A stretch of 60,230 nucleotides of DNA from a virus (Duplodnaviria; Caudoviricetes): positions 1 through 60,230 of IMG/VR virus record IMGVR_UViG_3300021964_000063; one strand, written 5' to 3'. Position numbers and translations under genes: made by a program. The notes beneath the pieces are model-generated. The model was given only the letters and a program-made list of their open reading frames with translations. It had not been told where the DNA came from and did not search any database. Below are positions 32,928-39,971 of this stretch, piece by piece (position 1 is the first letter of the stretch; every line of letters starts with the position of its first letter).

Positions 32928-32935
32928 GATAACTC

Positions 32936-33721
32936 TTAGATTACCCGCATTTTTTCGTGACCTACACGAATCCTTGGATCACACCAAATCTTAAATCCTG
33001 CCTCAATAGCATCTAAACAAAATGAGACATCCTCCCCACACATATCTTGTACCGCACCAGATTCAAAGACTTGCATCTTAGGCGCAAACCATGGATATGT
33101 CATCTTTGGACTCTCAAAGACACCGTGCTTAATCATTACCCATCCGAATCCTGTATAATCTACAGTAAAGGGTTTCCGCCGTTTTTGTATGCCATCAACC
33201 ATCTCATGATTCATAACTCCCCCATTGTTTCGGAAGTCATCCTCATCTAACCAGTGTGCTACTGATGTCGTGCGACCATCCTCTGTAGAATACCACCCAG
33301 ATACAATCTCTCGTTCTGTGCCGTCTTCAGTAATTGCCATATCGCATAACTGCCAGAACTTCTCTGAGGTGAACACAATATCACTATCAATCCATAACTG
33401 ATAATCATACTGTAACTTTCCATCCCATGGAATCTGACTAGGACCACGCAATACATTCGCGCCTAAACACTTACATCGGGCAAAGTTCACCATTGAACTA
33501 TAGTCCTGTGAAATCTGAATGCTCATTCCGTTTTGTACTAAGTCAAAACATAGTTGAACAAAGTTTTTCATAAACGTATATGAACATCCCCTCCCTGGTA
33601 AACAGAATACAATCGTCTTACCTTTCATTCTTGCTTTGATCGCATCATAATCCCATTCTTCCTTGGAATCCTCTGATGCTTTCACAGGCGTCTTTGCCTT
33701 TACTGTAAATCCTTTTGCCAT
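32936..33721 (-). CDS. GT-A-fold glycosyltransferase-like protein (ORF track starts at 33745)
   Basis: LWIDSDI (DxD), TGFGWVMIK..VFE, GEDVSFC..A...GF.IW.DP...VGH. Confidence 0.8.
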   Translation of the reverse strand: MAKGFTVKAKTPVKASEDSKEEWDYDAIKARMKGKTIVFCLPGRGCSYTFMKNFVQLCFDLVQNGMSIQISQDYSSMVNFARCKCLGANVLRGPSQIPWDGKLQYDYQLWIDSDIVFTSEKFWQLCDMAITEDGTEREIVSGWYSTEDGRTTSVAHWLDEDDFRNNGGVMNHEMVDGIQKRRKPFTVDYTGFGWVMIKHGVFESPKMTYPWFAPKMQVFESGAVQDMCGEDVSFCLDAIEAGFKIWCDPRIRVGHEKMRVI

Positions 33722-33775
33722 CGGAATTAAATCACTCCACTTCAATCTGTATTTTAACGTATTATGTAGAGAAAG

Positions 33776-33997
33776 TCAATACGAACTTTCCTCTATTCCA
33801 TGGGCGGTTTCTTCTACTGCCTCATATGTTAAATCCTCAATACTATAATCAGTCTTCATAAAACCAACTATCGTATTGAGGATCTCCCAACTCTCTTTAA
33901 ACTTATCCTCAGATAGATTATGCATTACACAATCACTCTTTAGATATATGTGAAAAACTTTATTGGTCCCAATTTTTTCTGGGGAAAATTTTATCAT
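33776..33997 (-). CDS. Hypothetical protein, 73 aa
   Basis: ORF track; codirectional and compact. Confidence 0.6.
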   Translation of the reverse strand: MIKFSPEKIGTNKVFHIYLKSDCVMHNLSEDKFKESWEILNTIVGFMKTDYSIEDLTYEAVEETAHGIEESSY

Positions 33998-34182
33998 AAC
34001 TTTTTTTACATCGTCGCTTTATATAGAACTCACGGGTACACACTTTTGTAGGTTAGGGTAGTAGAACGTTTTAAGGAAGGGGGGGTCCTTTATATTAACC
34101 TTACCTTACCTTAGGGGTACGCTACGCTCCGCGTTTCGCCATCATAAATCCGCCATAATACTGTCGGATTCACAACACTGTA

Positions 34183-34212
34183 AGTATAGCATATATGCCC
34201 CCTATGTGTCAA
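34183..34212 (-). promoter_or_regulatory. Sigma70-type promoter TTGACA-18-TATACT with extended TG
   Basis: - strand TTGACACATAGGGGGCATATATGCTATACT. Confidence 0.65.
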
Positions 34213-34243
34213 ACAAAGAGGGCACTGTAAGATTCACATAGTA

Positions 34244-34390
34244 TCAGAAATCAATGGCGTTAAGTGTTCCCTCTGATGCGTCTGAGTTATCGATAGATTG
34301 TGCCTCATCGGCAATCACATCGAGGATACTCAGAATTTCTGCGCCAGTGTTACCCTGAGACAGCATACCAAGAAGAAGTTCGCGAGACAT
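34244..34390 (-). CDS. Hypothetical protein, 48 aa (MSRELLLGMLSQGNTGAEIL...)
   Basis: Read manually; open ATG..TGA. Confidence 0.65.
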   Translation of the reverse strand: MSRELLLGMLSQGNTGAEILSILDVIADEAQSIDNSDASEGTLNAIDF

Positions 34391-34448
34391 AATGAAGAAG
34401 AAAAATGTGAGTTAGTAAGCAGTTTAAAGTCATACTTAGGACTGTGTG

Positions 34449-34703
34449 TTAGTTGTTAGATAGTGCTCTAAGTTCATCAAGGCACATCTTGAAGATATCT
34501 GGTTCGTCCATAACATCCAGATCTTCTAAAGTCATATCCCCCGCCATAGAATCACAAATAACTTGTGTTGCTTGGAACTCGTCAAGTATACCCGAAACCT
34601 TATTCTTTGAGCGTAGGAAGTCTGAGTAATCCATCAGTTTTTCACAGGCATTTTCCATGATACTGTTGATGCGTCGGTGCTCGTCTGTGATGATGATGGT
34701 CAT
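34449..34703 (-). CDS. Hypothetical protein, 84 aa
   Basis: ORF track; ATG 18 nt after repeat copy 1. Confidence 0.7.
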   Translation of the reverse strand: MTIIITDEHRRINSIMENACEKLMDYSDFLRSKNKVSGILDEFQATQVICDSMAGDMTLEDLDVMDEPDIFKMCLDELRALSNN

Positions 34704-34721
34704 GCGTGATTGCGTCCCTAC

Positions 34722-34750
34722 ACTATAGGGGAACTTTAGAGGTTACTAAC
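34722..34750 (-). promoter_or_regulatory. 29-bp repeat copy 1 (putative promoter/cassette boundary)
   Basis: actataggggaactttagaggttactaac. Confidence 0.7.
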
Positions 34751-34788
34751 AATAATACCCTGTTACTATCTCTCAGTCTTTCCCTTAT

Positions 34789-34817
34789 ATTGTAGCACCT
34801 ATATGACTCTGAGTCAA
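34789..34817 (-). promoter_or_regulatory. Sigma70-type promoter TTGACT-17-TACAAT
   Basis: - strand TTGACTCAGAGTCATATAGGTGCTACAAT. Confidence 0.6.
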
Positions 34818-34853
34818 GTGCAGTCCTGTGGGGGAAAAATGTTGCTGGTGCTG

Positions 34854-34882
34854 TTGACTTTTGAGAGAAAGTGTGATATAGT
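34854..34882 (+). promoter_or_regulatory. Divergent sigma70-type promoter TTGACT-17-TATAGT facing a non-coding region
   Basis: ttgacttttgagagaaagtgtgatatagt. Confidence 0.55.
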
Positions 34883-34958
34883 GCGGTCTTAGATAACAAT
34901 AAGAATGAGAGTTTCTAGAGACTTAAGTAACAAATAGGAAGAGGGTTAAGTAAGGGGT

Positions 34959-35093
34959 TTCTCCACAGATTATAGTGATTAAACCACATATAACCCCACC
35001 TTTTCAACAGGGTTGTGGAAAACAAACAAAACACACATATACATTTAAAATAACATTAATAAACGTTTTTTTAATGAAAACATGTTATTTATG
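34959..35093. other. DnaA-box-like cluster plus AT-rich tract (possible origin-like element)
   Basis: TTCTCCACA 34959-34967, TTTTCAACA 35001-35009, TGTGGAAAA (TTTTCCACA on -) 35014-35022; AT-rich 35041-35093. Confidence 0.4.
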
Positions 35094-35112
35094 GGTGTTT
35101 TGTAGGTGATAC

Positions 35113-35316
35113 TTAGGGATTCAAACCAAACCAAGTCTGAGCATCATAGCAATCAATCACCTCTTCTTTAATGTCATCCATTTCATAATCTTTAAGGTTT
35201 TCAACAATAGTATCCACAGCAAGAGTAACTAAAGACTTAATATCCATTCCTTCTACAATCATCTCAGCATAGCGTTGCTTAAGTCCTTCAAGTTTTTCGG
35301 TGTTGGTGATAGTCAT
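35113..35316 (-). CDS. Hypothetical protein, 67 aa
   Basis: ORF track; ATGA coupling with upstream ORF. Confidence 0.7.
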   Translation of the reverse strand: MTITNTEKLEGLKQRYAEMIVEGMDIKSLVTLAVDTIVENLKDYEMDDIKEEVIDCYDAQTWFGLNP

Positions 35317-35459
35317 TGGATTACTTTTGATGGTGGATTAAGTAGTCTTTCGAGTGCTTCATTCCTTTCATTGATTGTATCTGTAAGATTACTATCTAAC
35401 AGATCAATCATTAGATTAGCACCTAATATAATGAAGATAGCAAGGAAGATAATTCTCAT
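35313..35459 (-). CDS. Small membrane protein, 48 aa (MRIIFLAIFIILGANLMIDLL...)
   Basis: Read manually; hydrophobic N-terminus; 4-nt overlaps with both neighbours. Confidence 0.7.
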   Translation of the reverse strand: MRIIFLAIFIILGANLMIDLLDSNLTDTINERNEALERLLNPPSKVIQ

Positions 35460-35803
35460 GAGAAGACATAACCATTAGTGAATGTTACGTTCTTGAATAC
35501 ATTCTTTCCATTGATTGCTCCTACGAAAAGTCTTACATACCACTGAAAGTCTTTCTGAAATACACCTTCTCCTCTCTCACAGAACTCAGAACAGAGTGCA
35601 TTAAGTCTGGATTTTGTTGTAGTTGATTGATAACCGCCATCAAAAATTGTCATCGAATCATCAGTGATTTCCGCAATCTTGTTACCATGAAGACGAACGA
35701 TTGAGGTTCCTGTCTCTTCATTAAAGTGAACTGTTGTATTAGCATTAGACCAGTTTTGATTTGACTGGATTGCTTGGCACATTTGGGATTCGATTTTACG
35801 CAT
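35456..35803 (-). CDS. Conserved phage hypothetical protein, 115 aa
   Basis: MRKIESQM, LHGNKIA, GGYQS.TTKSRLNAL; ATG 21 nt after repeat copy 2. Confidence 0.8.
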   Translation of the reverse strand: MRKIESQMCQAIQSNQNWSNANTTVHFNEETGTSIVRLHGNKIAEITDDSMTIFDGGYQSTTTKSRLNALCSEFCERGEGVFQKDFQWYVRLFVGAINGKNVFKNVTFTNGYVFS

Positions 35804-35824
35804 TTGAGTTTGAGTGATGTCTAT

Positions 35825-35853
35825 ACTATAGGGGAACTTTAGAGGTTACTAAC
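35825..35853 (-). promoter_or_regulatory. 29-bp repeat copy 2
   Basis: Identical to consensus. Confidence 0.7.
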
Positions 35854-35868
35854 TTTAATAGGGAAGAA

Positions 35869-35976
35869 TCAACGGAGTTTTAAATAACCGTGTTCTACCA
35901 TTAAATCAATGAACTTAATACATTGATTACCTGTTTCCATCTGAGAGAGATGATAATATACAGTTGAAAGTTTCAT
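35869..35976 (-). CDS. Hypothetical peptide, 35 aa (MKLSTVYYHLSQMETGNQCI...)
   Basis: Read manually; stop 15 nt before repeat copy 2. Confidence 0.5.
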   Translation of the reverse strand: MKLSTVYYHLSQMETGNQCIKFIDLMVEHGYLKLR

Positions 35977-36008
35977 AGTTGATTGTGATGATTGTGATGT
36001 GATTTGAA

Positions 36009-36197
36009 TCAGAAAGGGTTAGACCATGACTCATATTTTTTCATGGTGATATGTCCTTCCTTACAAAGTGCATCAGTATAGATACTCCATGCTTCACGTT
36101 TTGCGATGCTATCAGTTGCTCTCCGTGTACCCTTGGTTGATACTTTCCAGTTGTATCGGAACTGATCTAATGCCTGTGCTTTGGTGATGGTTCTCAT
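36009..36197 (-). CDS. Hypothetical protein, 62 aa (...YESWSNPF)
   Basis: ORF track; ATG 19 nt after repeat copy 3. Confidence 0.75.
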   Translation of the reverse strand: MRTITKAQALDQFRYNWKVSTKGTRRATDSIAKREAWSIYTDALCKEGHITMKKYESWSNPF

Positions 36198-36216
36198 GAT
36201 TGGTTGAAGTGCTTAC

Positions 36217-36245
36217 ACTATAGAGGAACTTTAGAGGTTACTAAC
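36217..36245 (-). promoter_or_regulatory. 29-bp repeat copy 3
   Basis: actatagaggaactttagaggttactaac; supplies the TAG stop of the upstream ORF. Confidence 0.7.
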
Positions 36246-36432
36246 AATAATGCTTTCTCTTGATTCTTTCTATTTGCTGTATGATATTCTTATAAGAACA
36301 ACGATCAGATGGTGTCTTTGATGTAACTATCCTTTCGTTAAGTTCTGGATTATAATATATCTTATGTGTCTTTTGTCGTATTAAATGATAACCTTCGGAT
36401 TGTAAATGTTTCGTGATTTGTAACTTCTTCAT
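36241..36432 (-). CDS. HicA-like toxin (dsRBD-fold mRNA interferase-like), 63 aa
   Basis: L..EGYHLIRQKTHKIY...IVTSKTPSD pattern, size and basicity resemble HicA. Confidence 0.6.
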   Translation of the reverse strand: MKKLQITKHLQSEGYHLIRQKTHKIYYNPELNERIVTSKTPSDRCSYKNIIQQIERIKRKHYC

Positions 36433-36713
36433 GCCTGATAATACTCCCCGATTGATTTACTTATCACAATCAGTTGTTCATGAACTTCCTCAATTAATGC
36501 TTGAATATCATCCTCCTCTCCTAATAATGCCATATGATCAACTTCATCCCAATCTTCTACATTAATACTTCCATCATTGTATTGTGGAGTATAGTATAGT
36601 GTGCCCTCACTATCAATTGAATAGGCACAACCATGATCATCACAAGTTAATACAATCATCTCATCAACCTCCAAACATTTGATCAAATAGAGACTGTCCT
36701 GAACGTTCATCAT
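36429..36713 (-). CDS. Acidic hypothetical protein (likely start 36659, MIVLTCDDHG)
   Basis: ORF track; ATGA overlap with HicA-like gene. Confidence 0.7.
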   Translation of the reverse strand: MMNVQDSLYLIKCLEVDEMIVLTCDDHGCAYSIDSEGTLYYTPQYNDGSINVEDWDEVDHMALLGEEDDIQALIEEVHEQLIVISKSIGEYYQA

Positions 36714-36846
36714 CGTTCATCTTTTCATTCTCTCGCATACAAACAAGAAAGTTAATCTGTGATTGAATGTCCTCAACTTCATTCTGAAGTTTCTCTTTTC
36801 TGAAGTTTAACTCCATGATACTTTTGTTGATTTCAACTGTAGTCAT
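36664..36846 (-). CDS. Coiled-coil hypothetical protein, 60 aa
   Basis: ORF track. Confidence 0.7.
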   Translation of the reverse strand: MTTVEINKSIMELNFRKEKLQNEVEDIQSQINFLVCMRENEKMNDDERSGQSLFDQMFGG

Positions 36847-36887
36847 AGTTTTGAAAATAGTAAGGTTGTTAAGTTGTTCTTTAAGAT

Positions 36888-37100
36888 TCAGTTTGATGCC
36901 TCCATAAACACATCATAGAAACAATCAAATGCCGCAGGATCATGACAGAATGAAGAGATTCCACTTTGATCAGAAACCCAGTCATATGCCATATCAATAT
37001 CGGCACCTGTCTCTAATACAAAGGATTGTAACCCTTGAAGAGCATTTACGAAAGCAGAGTCGTTCAGAAGCATTTTGTTGTTGTTTGTAGTTGTGTTCAT
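36888..37100 (-). CDS. Hypothetical protein, 70 aa (start may be the second Met, MLLND)
   Basis: ORF track; first ATG abuts repeat copy 4. Confidence 0.7.
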   Translation of the reverse strand: MNTTTNNNKMLLNDSAFVNALQGLQSFVLETGADIDMAYDWVSDQSGISSFCHDPAAFDCFYDVFMEASN

Positions 37101-37129
37101 ACTATAGGGGAACTTTAGAGGTTACTAAC
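37101..37129 (-). promoter_or_regulatory. 29-bp repeat copy 4
   Basis: Identical to consensus. Confidence 0.7.
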
Positions 37130-37134
37130 AATAA

Positions 37135-37302
37135 TCAAAATATATTTGTCCATGCATAATGTTTAGCAGAACTGATTCTTCCATCCTTAAGTAATCTATC
37201 ACATACTCGACAGAATACTTCAAACTTTTCCATTCGTGTCATGTTAGCATCAATTTTCATTGAAGTTTCACCGACGACTTTGAGAACTTGTCCTTTGAGC
37301 AT
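37135..37302 (-). CDS. Hypothetical protein, 55 aa (MLKGQVLKVVG...HYAWTNIF)
   Basis: Read manually; stop 5 nt before repeat copy 4. Confidence 0.7.
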   Translation of the reverse strand: MLKGQVLKVVGETSMKIDANMTRMEKFEVFCRVCDRLLKDGRISSAKHYAWTNIF

Positions 37303-37306
37303 GATG

Positions 37307-37582
37307 TTAGTTAGCAGTTACAATACGATGATAACCTTGTTCTTTATGAAGATTTTTAATAGTTTTAACTTCATGAAGTTTGGTTAGAGTATAATCATAA
37401 CCATCCTCATATTCAAGATACTTTGCATATTCAATCGCAGATAGTTCATCCTTGAAAATCATCATTGATTTGAAATCTTCGTTTTGGGAGTGATACCCAC
37501 CGATGACAGAATACAGCATGATGTTAGTTAAGAGTTTACAGTGAGTGAGGGGAATCACCCCACACATGCCATGGGTGCCCAC
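37307..37582 (-). CDS. Hypothetical protein (likely start 37519, MLYSVIGG)
   Basis: ORF track; TAACTAACATC leader precedes ATG 37519. Confidence 0.65.
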   Translation of the reverse strand: MGTHGMCGVIPLTHCKLLTNIMLYSVIGGYHSQNEDFKSMMIFKDELSAIEYAKYLEYEDGYDYTLTKLHEVKTIKNLHKEQGYHRIVTAN

Positions 37583-37827
37583 TCTTCACGAGGCATTTTG
37601 TCGGTGTGGTAGTTAGTTACCTCAGCACCTCCAGCAATACGTTCTGCCCATTCGTGCTTGGCATCGATCATACCCACAACACTGTAGGATTTCATACCAT
37701 TAACACGGAAAGTGACACGCTTAACGAAACGTTTGATGACAACTTTCATGCCTTTGACTTCATCTGCCTCAGCAATGAATGCCTCAGGGAAGAAATCAAC
37801 GATACAGACGGAGTTTGAGAGTTGCAT
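37555..37827 (-). CDS. Conserved phage hypothetical protein, 90 aa
   Basis: ORF track; ATG 20 nt after repeat copy 5. Confidence 0.75.
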   Translation of the reverse strand: MQLSNSVCIVDFFPEAFIAEADEVKGMKVVIKRFVKRVTFRVNGMKSYSVVGMIDAKHEWAERIAGGAEVTNYHTDKMPREEWAPMACVG

Positions 37828-37847
37828 ATGGTTTGAGAAGTGCTTAC

Positions 37848-37876
37848 ACTATAGAGGAACTTTAGAGGTTACTAAC
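37848..37876 (-). promoter_or_regulatory. 29-bp repeat copy 5
   Basis: actatagaggaactttagaggttactaac. Confidence 0.7.
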
Positions 37877-37881
37877 AATAA

Positions 37882-37916
37882 TTAAAATATATTTGTCCAT
37901 GCACGATGTTAGTTAG
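37882..37916 (-). pseudogene. Internally deleted remnant of a paralogue of 37135-37302
   Basis: Leader CTAACTAACATC is joined directly to the last codons (HRAWTNIF-stop), then the repeat. Confidence 0.55.
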
Positions 37917-37934
37917 TGAATGAATGAGTAAGTG

Positions 37935-38087
37935 TTACTCAGGACGAAGTTTGACTGTAATAATCTCAAAGTTTGGATGTAATTCTGTGCATCTTGCATA
38001 TGCTTCAGCAGCAGTTTCTCTCATGTAAGAGAGCACATCGTGCATCTCTTTTTTGTTGTCGTAACCGTAGCAATTCCAGATAGGCAT
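37935..38087 (-). CDS. Hypothetical protein, 50 aa (MPIWNCYGYDNKKEMH...)
   Basis: Read manually; open ATG..TAA. Confidence 0.65.
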   Translation of the reverse strand: MPIWNCYGYDNKKEMHDVLSYMRETAAEAYARCTELHPNFEIITVKLRPE

Positions 38088-38114
38088 GTGATTTAGTGAA
38101 TGAATGAGTTAGTA

Positions 38115-38273
38115 TCAGTCGTAAGGGAAAAAAGAAGAACGGGTTGAATCTGTCTCGTAAGGAATGTCAAAGTCCTCGCCAAACATTCGATAGTAAAGAT
38201 CACTGAAGATAGCAAAATCATCAGGAGTTTCGTTGTTCCAGATTCTCAGGATTTCGTCGTAGGTGTTTCTCAT
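38115..38273 (-). CDS. Hypothetical protein, 52 aa (MRNTYDEILRIWNNETPDDF...)
   Basis: Read manually; ATG abuts repeat copy 6. Confidence 0.65.
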   Translation of the reverse strand: MRNTYDEILRIWNNETPDDFAIFSDLYYRMFGEDFDIPYETDSTRSSFFPYD

Positions 38274-38302
38274 ACTATAGGGGAACTTTAGAGGTTACTA
38301 AC
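38274..38302 (-). promoter_or_regulatory. 29-bp repeat copy 6
   Basis: Identical to consensus. Confidence 0.7.
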
Positions 38303-38306
38303 ATTA

Positions 38307-39194
38307 TTACCTATTAAACTTGCCCTCTGTGAAGTTTACATAACTGAAAACAGTACGGTTCACTAACTTGATCGCACCTTCCTCACTCCAATATACAAAA
38401 CCCTCTCCTACAGTTTGTGTACCATCAGGGAGAAATGTATCAAAGTCAGAATATACAATCATACTATCAATCACGTCCTCTTTCAGTTCAATCACCCACT
38501 GATATAAGTTTGTAAGATGTGGACAACGTAAGATAGTTGTGAGAACTCCATCATCTAACTCAACACCAGATTTAATCAACTGATTGATTGCTTGCTTCGC
38601 ACGATTTGCTTGCTTAGGTGATAGAAACTTTACTGTGTCTGTGTTAATAATAGGCGGTTCAATCTGCGATGCAATACGATCAACAATTGGCATCACAAAC
38701 TTGACATGTGGAGTATCATCGAAGTTTGTACGAATCGGAAGCGGTGCAGCATCACATAGTTCACCATCAATGTAATACTTTGTATGTGGTGCGATAACAA
38801 GTTTCTGATAGATTTTCTCTCCGAAGATATATGTTAGTGTGTTATTTGAAAATACTTCTGTTCTACCAAACCCAAGGAAGTCACCCTGATATACACCATC
38901 AACGCGAGGCATATATTTCAGCATAAGATACAATATATCTGCTACATCATCTTGATGTCCAAAGTGTGTAAAGATGTCCTCTGTTGTATAACAAAGTCGA
39001 ATCTTTTTCTTGTTGAATGCTGCTTTAGTACAAACAAAAAACTTACCATTAGCAGGATTAGTCCCCCATACAACAGCAGGAGCACCATCCATCTTTAAAC
39101 TAATATGATAAGCATTGCTATAAAGTGCATCAAAGATAGAAAGATCACCAGTCAAAATGGTGTCTTCAGCGTGTTCTAAGTGAGTGTTTGGCAT
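38307..39194 (-). CDS. DUF6267-like protein with ligase-type nucleotidyltransferase motifs
   Basis: NTHLEH.ED N-terminus, KMDG (motif I), QGDF, EGFV (motif IV), KLVNR (motif V). Confidence 0.65.
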   Translation of the reverse strand: MPNTHLEHAEDTILTGDLSIFDALYSNAYHISLKMDGAPAVVWGTNPANGKFFVCTKAAFNKKKIRLCYTTEDIFTHFGHQDDVADILYLMLKYMPRVDGVYQGDFLGFGRTEVFSNNTLTYIFGEKIYQKLVIAPHTKYYIDGELCDAAPLPIRTNFDDTPHVKFVMPIVDRIASQIEPPIINTDTVKFLSPKQANRAKQAINQLIKSGVELDDGVLTTILRCPHLTNLYQWVIELKEDVIDSMIVYSDFDTFLPDGTQTVGEGFVYWSEEGAIKLVNRTVFSYVNFTEGKFNR

Positions 39195-39223
39195 ACTATA
39201 GAGGAAGTTTAGAGGTTACTAAT
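39195..39223 (-). promoter_or_regulatory. 29-bp repeat copy 7
   Basis: actatagaggaagtttagaggttactaat. Confidence 0.7.
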
Positions 39224-39262
39224 AATAATCGTGAAGTGATTAGAATCACTTAATCGCTTCAT

Positions 39263-39448
39263 TTACATTCCGTTCATGTATTCGTGAAGTTCCTGATAGT
39301 ATTGTTCTTCAGTCTCAAATGTGCGACCATGAATCACACATGGAAACGTTTTCTTTTGAAACATTGTTGACGCAACTTGTACGTCCTGTTTATCATAACC
39401 CATTTCAATCAGGGTGTCCACGTAAGGGTTGTTTGTAGTGTTATTCAT
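39263..39448 (-). CDS. Hypothetical protein, 61 aa
   Basis: ORF track; ATG abuts repeat copy 8. Confidence 0.75.
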   Translation of the reverse strand: MNNTTNNPYVDTLIEMGYDKQDVQVASTMFQKKTFPCVIHGRTFETEEQYYQELHEYMNGM

Positions 39449-39477
39449 ACTACAGGGGAACTTTAGAGGTTACTAAC
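39449..39477 (-). promoter_or_regulatory. 29-bp repeat copy 8
   Basis: actacaggggaactttagaggttactaac. Confidence 0.7.
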
Positions 39478-39486
39478 AATTATACA

Positions 39487-39750
39487 TTAGAATCCTCTCG
39501 TTGATAGTTCATTATCAACAACTCTTAATATTTCATCAACGATATAATCATGGTCACTAGAGTTAATCTCTGCTAGTACCATTTTTGCTTCATTAGCAGC
39601 AAGTATTACCTCTTTATCACTATTATCATCTTCGGTCAATAAATCATCGTTCGTTATTACCCATGCAGCACAAGGTCCAGTATCACCGTGCTTACGGATT
39701 AGTGCCTTTACATAAGTATCAAGTTCACGCAATGTTTTACACTTTTTCAT
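39487..39750 (-). CDS. Hypothetical protein, 87 aa
   Basis: ORF track; ATGA coupling. Confidence 0.7.
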   Translation of the reverse strand: MKKCKTLRELDTYVKALIRKHGDTGPCAAWVITNDDLLTEDDNSDKEVILAANEAKMVLAEINSSDHDYIVDEILRVVDNELSTRGF

Positions 39751-39971
39751 TTCTTTCTCCGTTTCTTGTGTTTATCTATAAAGGCGATTGCTGATTGTTT
39801 GTTTCTACACACTTTGAGAACATTTGCTTGATGAACAATAGCGAGTTTAGTTGTGCTTCCAGCAATAGGTACAGCAGCATACATCATAGGGTCATCATAG
39901 TTTCCAACGATGAATCCTTCCTCATATGGTTTAGCATCAAGCACACTTGTCTTGATATATGTTATCTTCAT
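39747..39971 (-). CDS. Hypothetical protein, 74 aa
   Basis: ORF track; ATGA coupling with helicase. Confidence 0.7.
   Translation of the reverse strand: MKITYIKTSVLDAKPYEEGFIVGNYDDPMMYAAVPIAGSTTKLAIVHQANVLKVCRNKQSAIAFIDKHKKRRKK

Noticed and set aside
34719-34732. CACTATAGGG resemblance to T7/SP6 promoter cores on the + strand
   Set aside because: Conservation extends downstream of this word, not over the upstream -17..-5 specificity region; it points away from the genes; no single-subunit RNAP is seen
34742-34750. GTT...AAC as a classical integron attC site
   Set aside because: It does not match GTTRRRY, lacks the long imperfect palindrome of attC, and no IntI is in the window; only the architecture is integron-like
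39233-39260. Short inverted repeat between the 61-aa ORF and repeat copy 7
   Set aside because: AT-rich stem with a tiny loop and no clear U-tract; too weak to call a terminator
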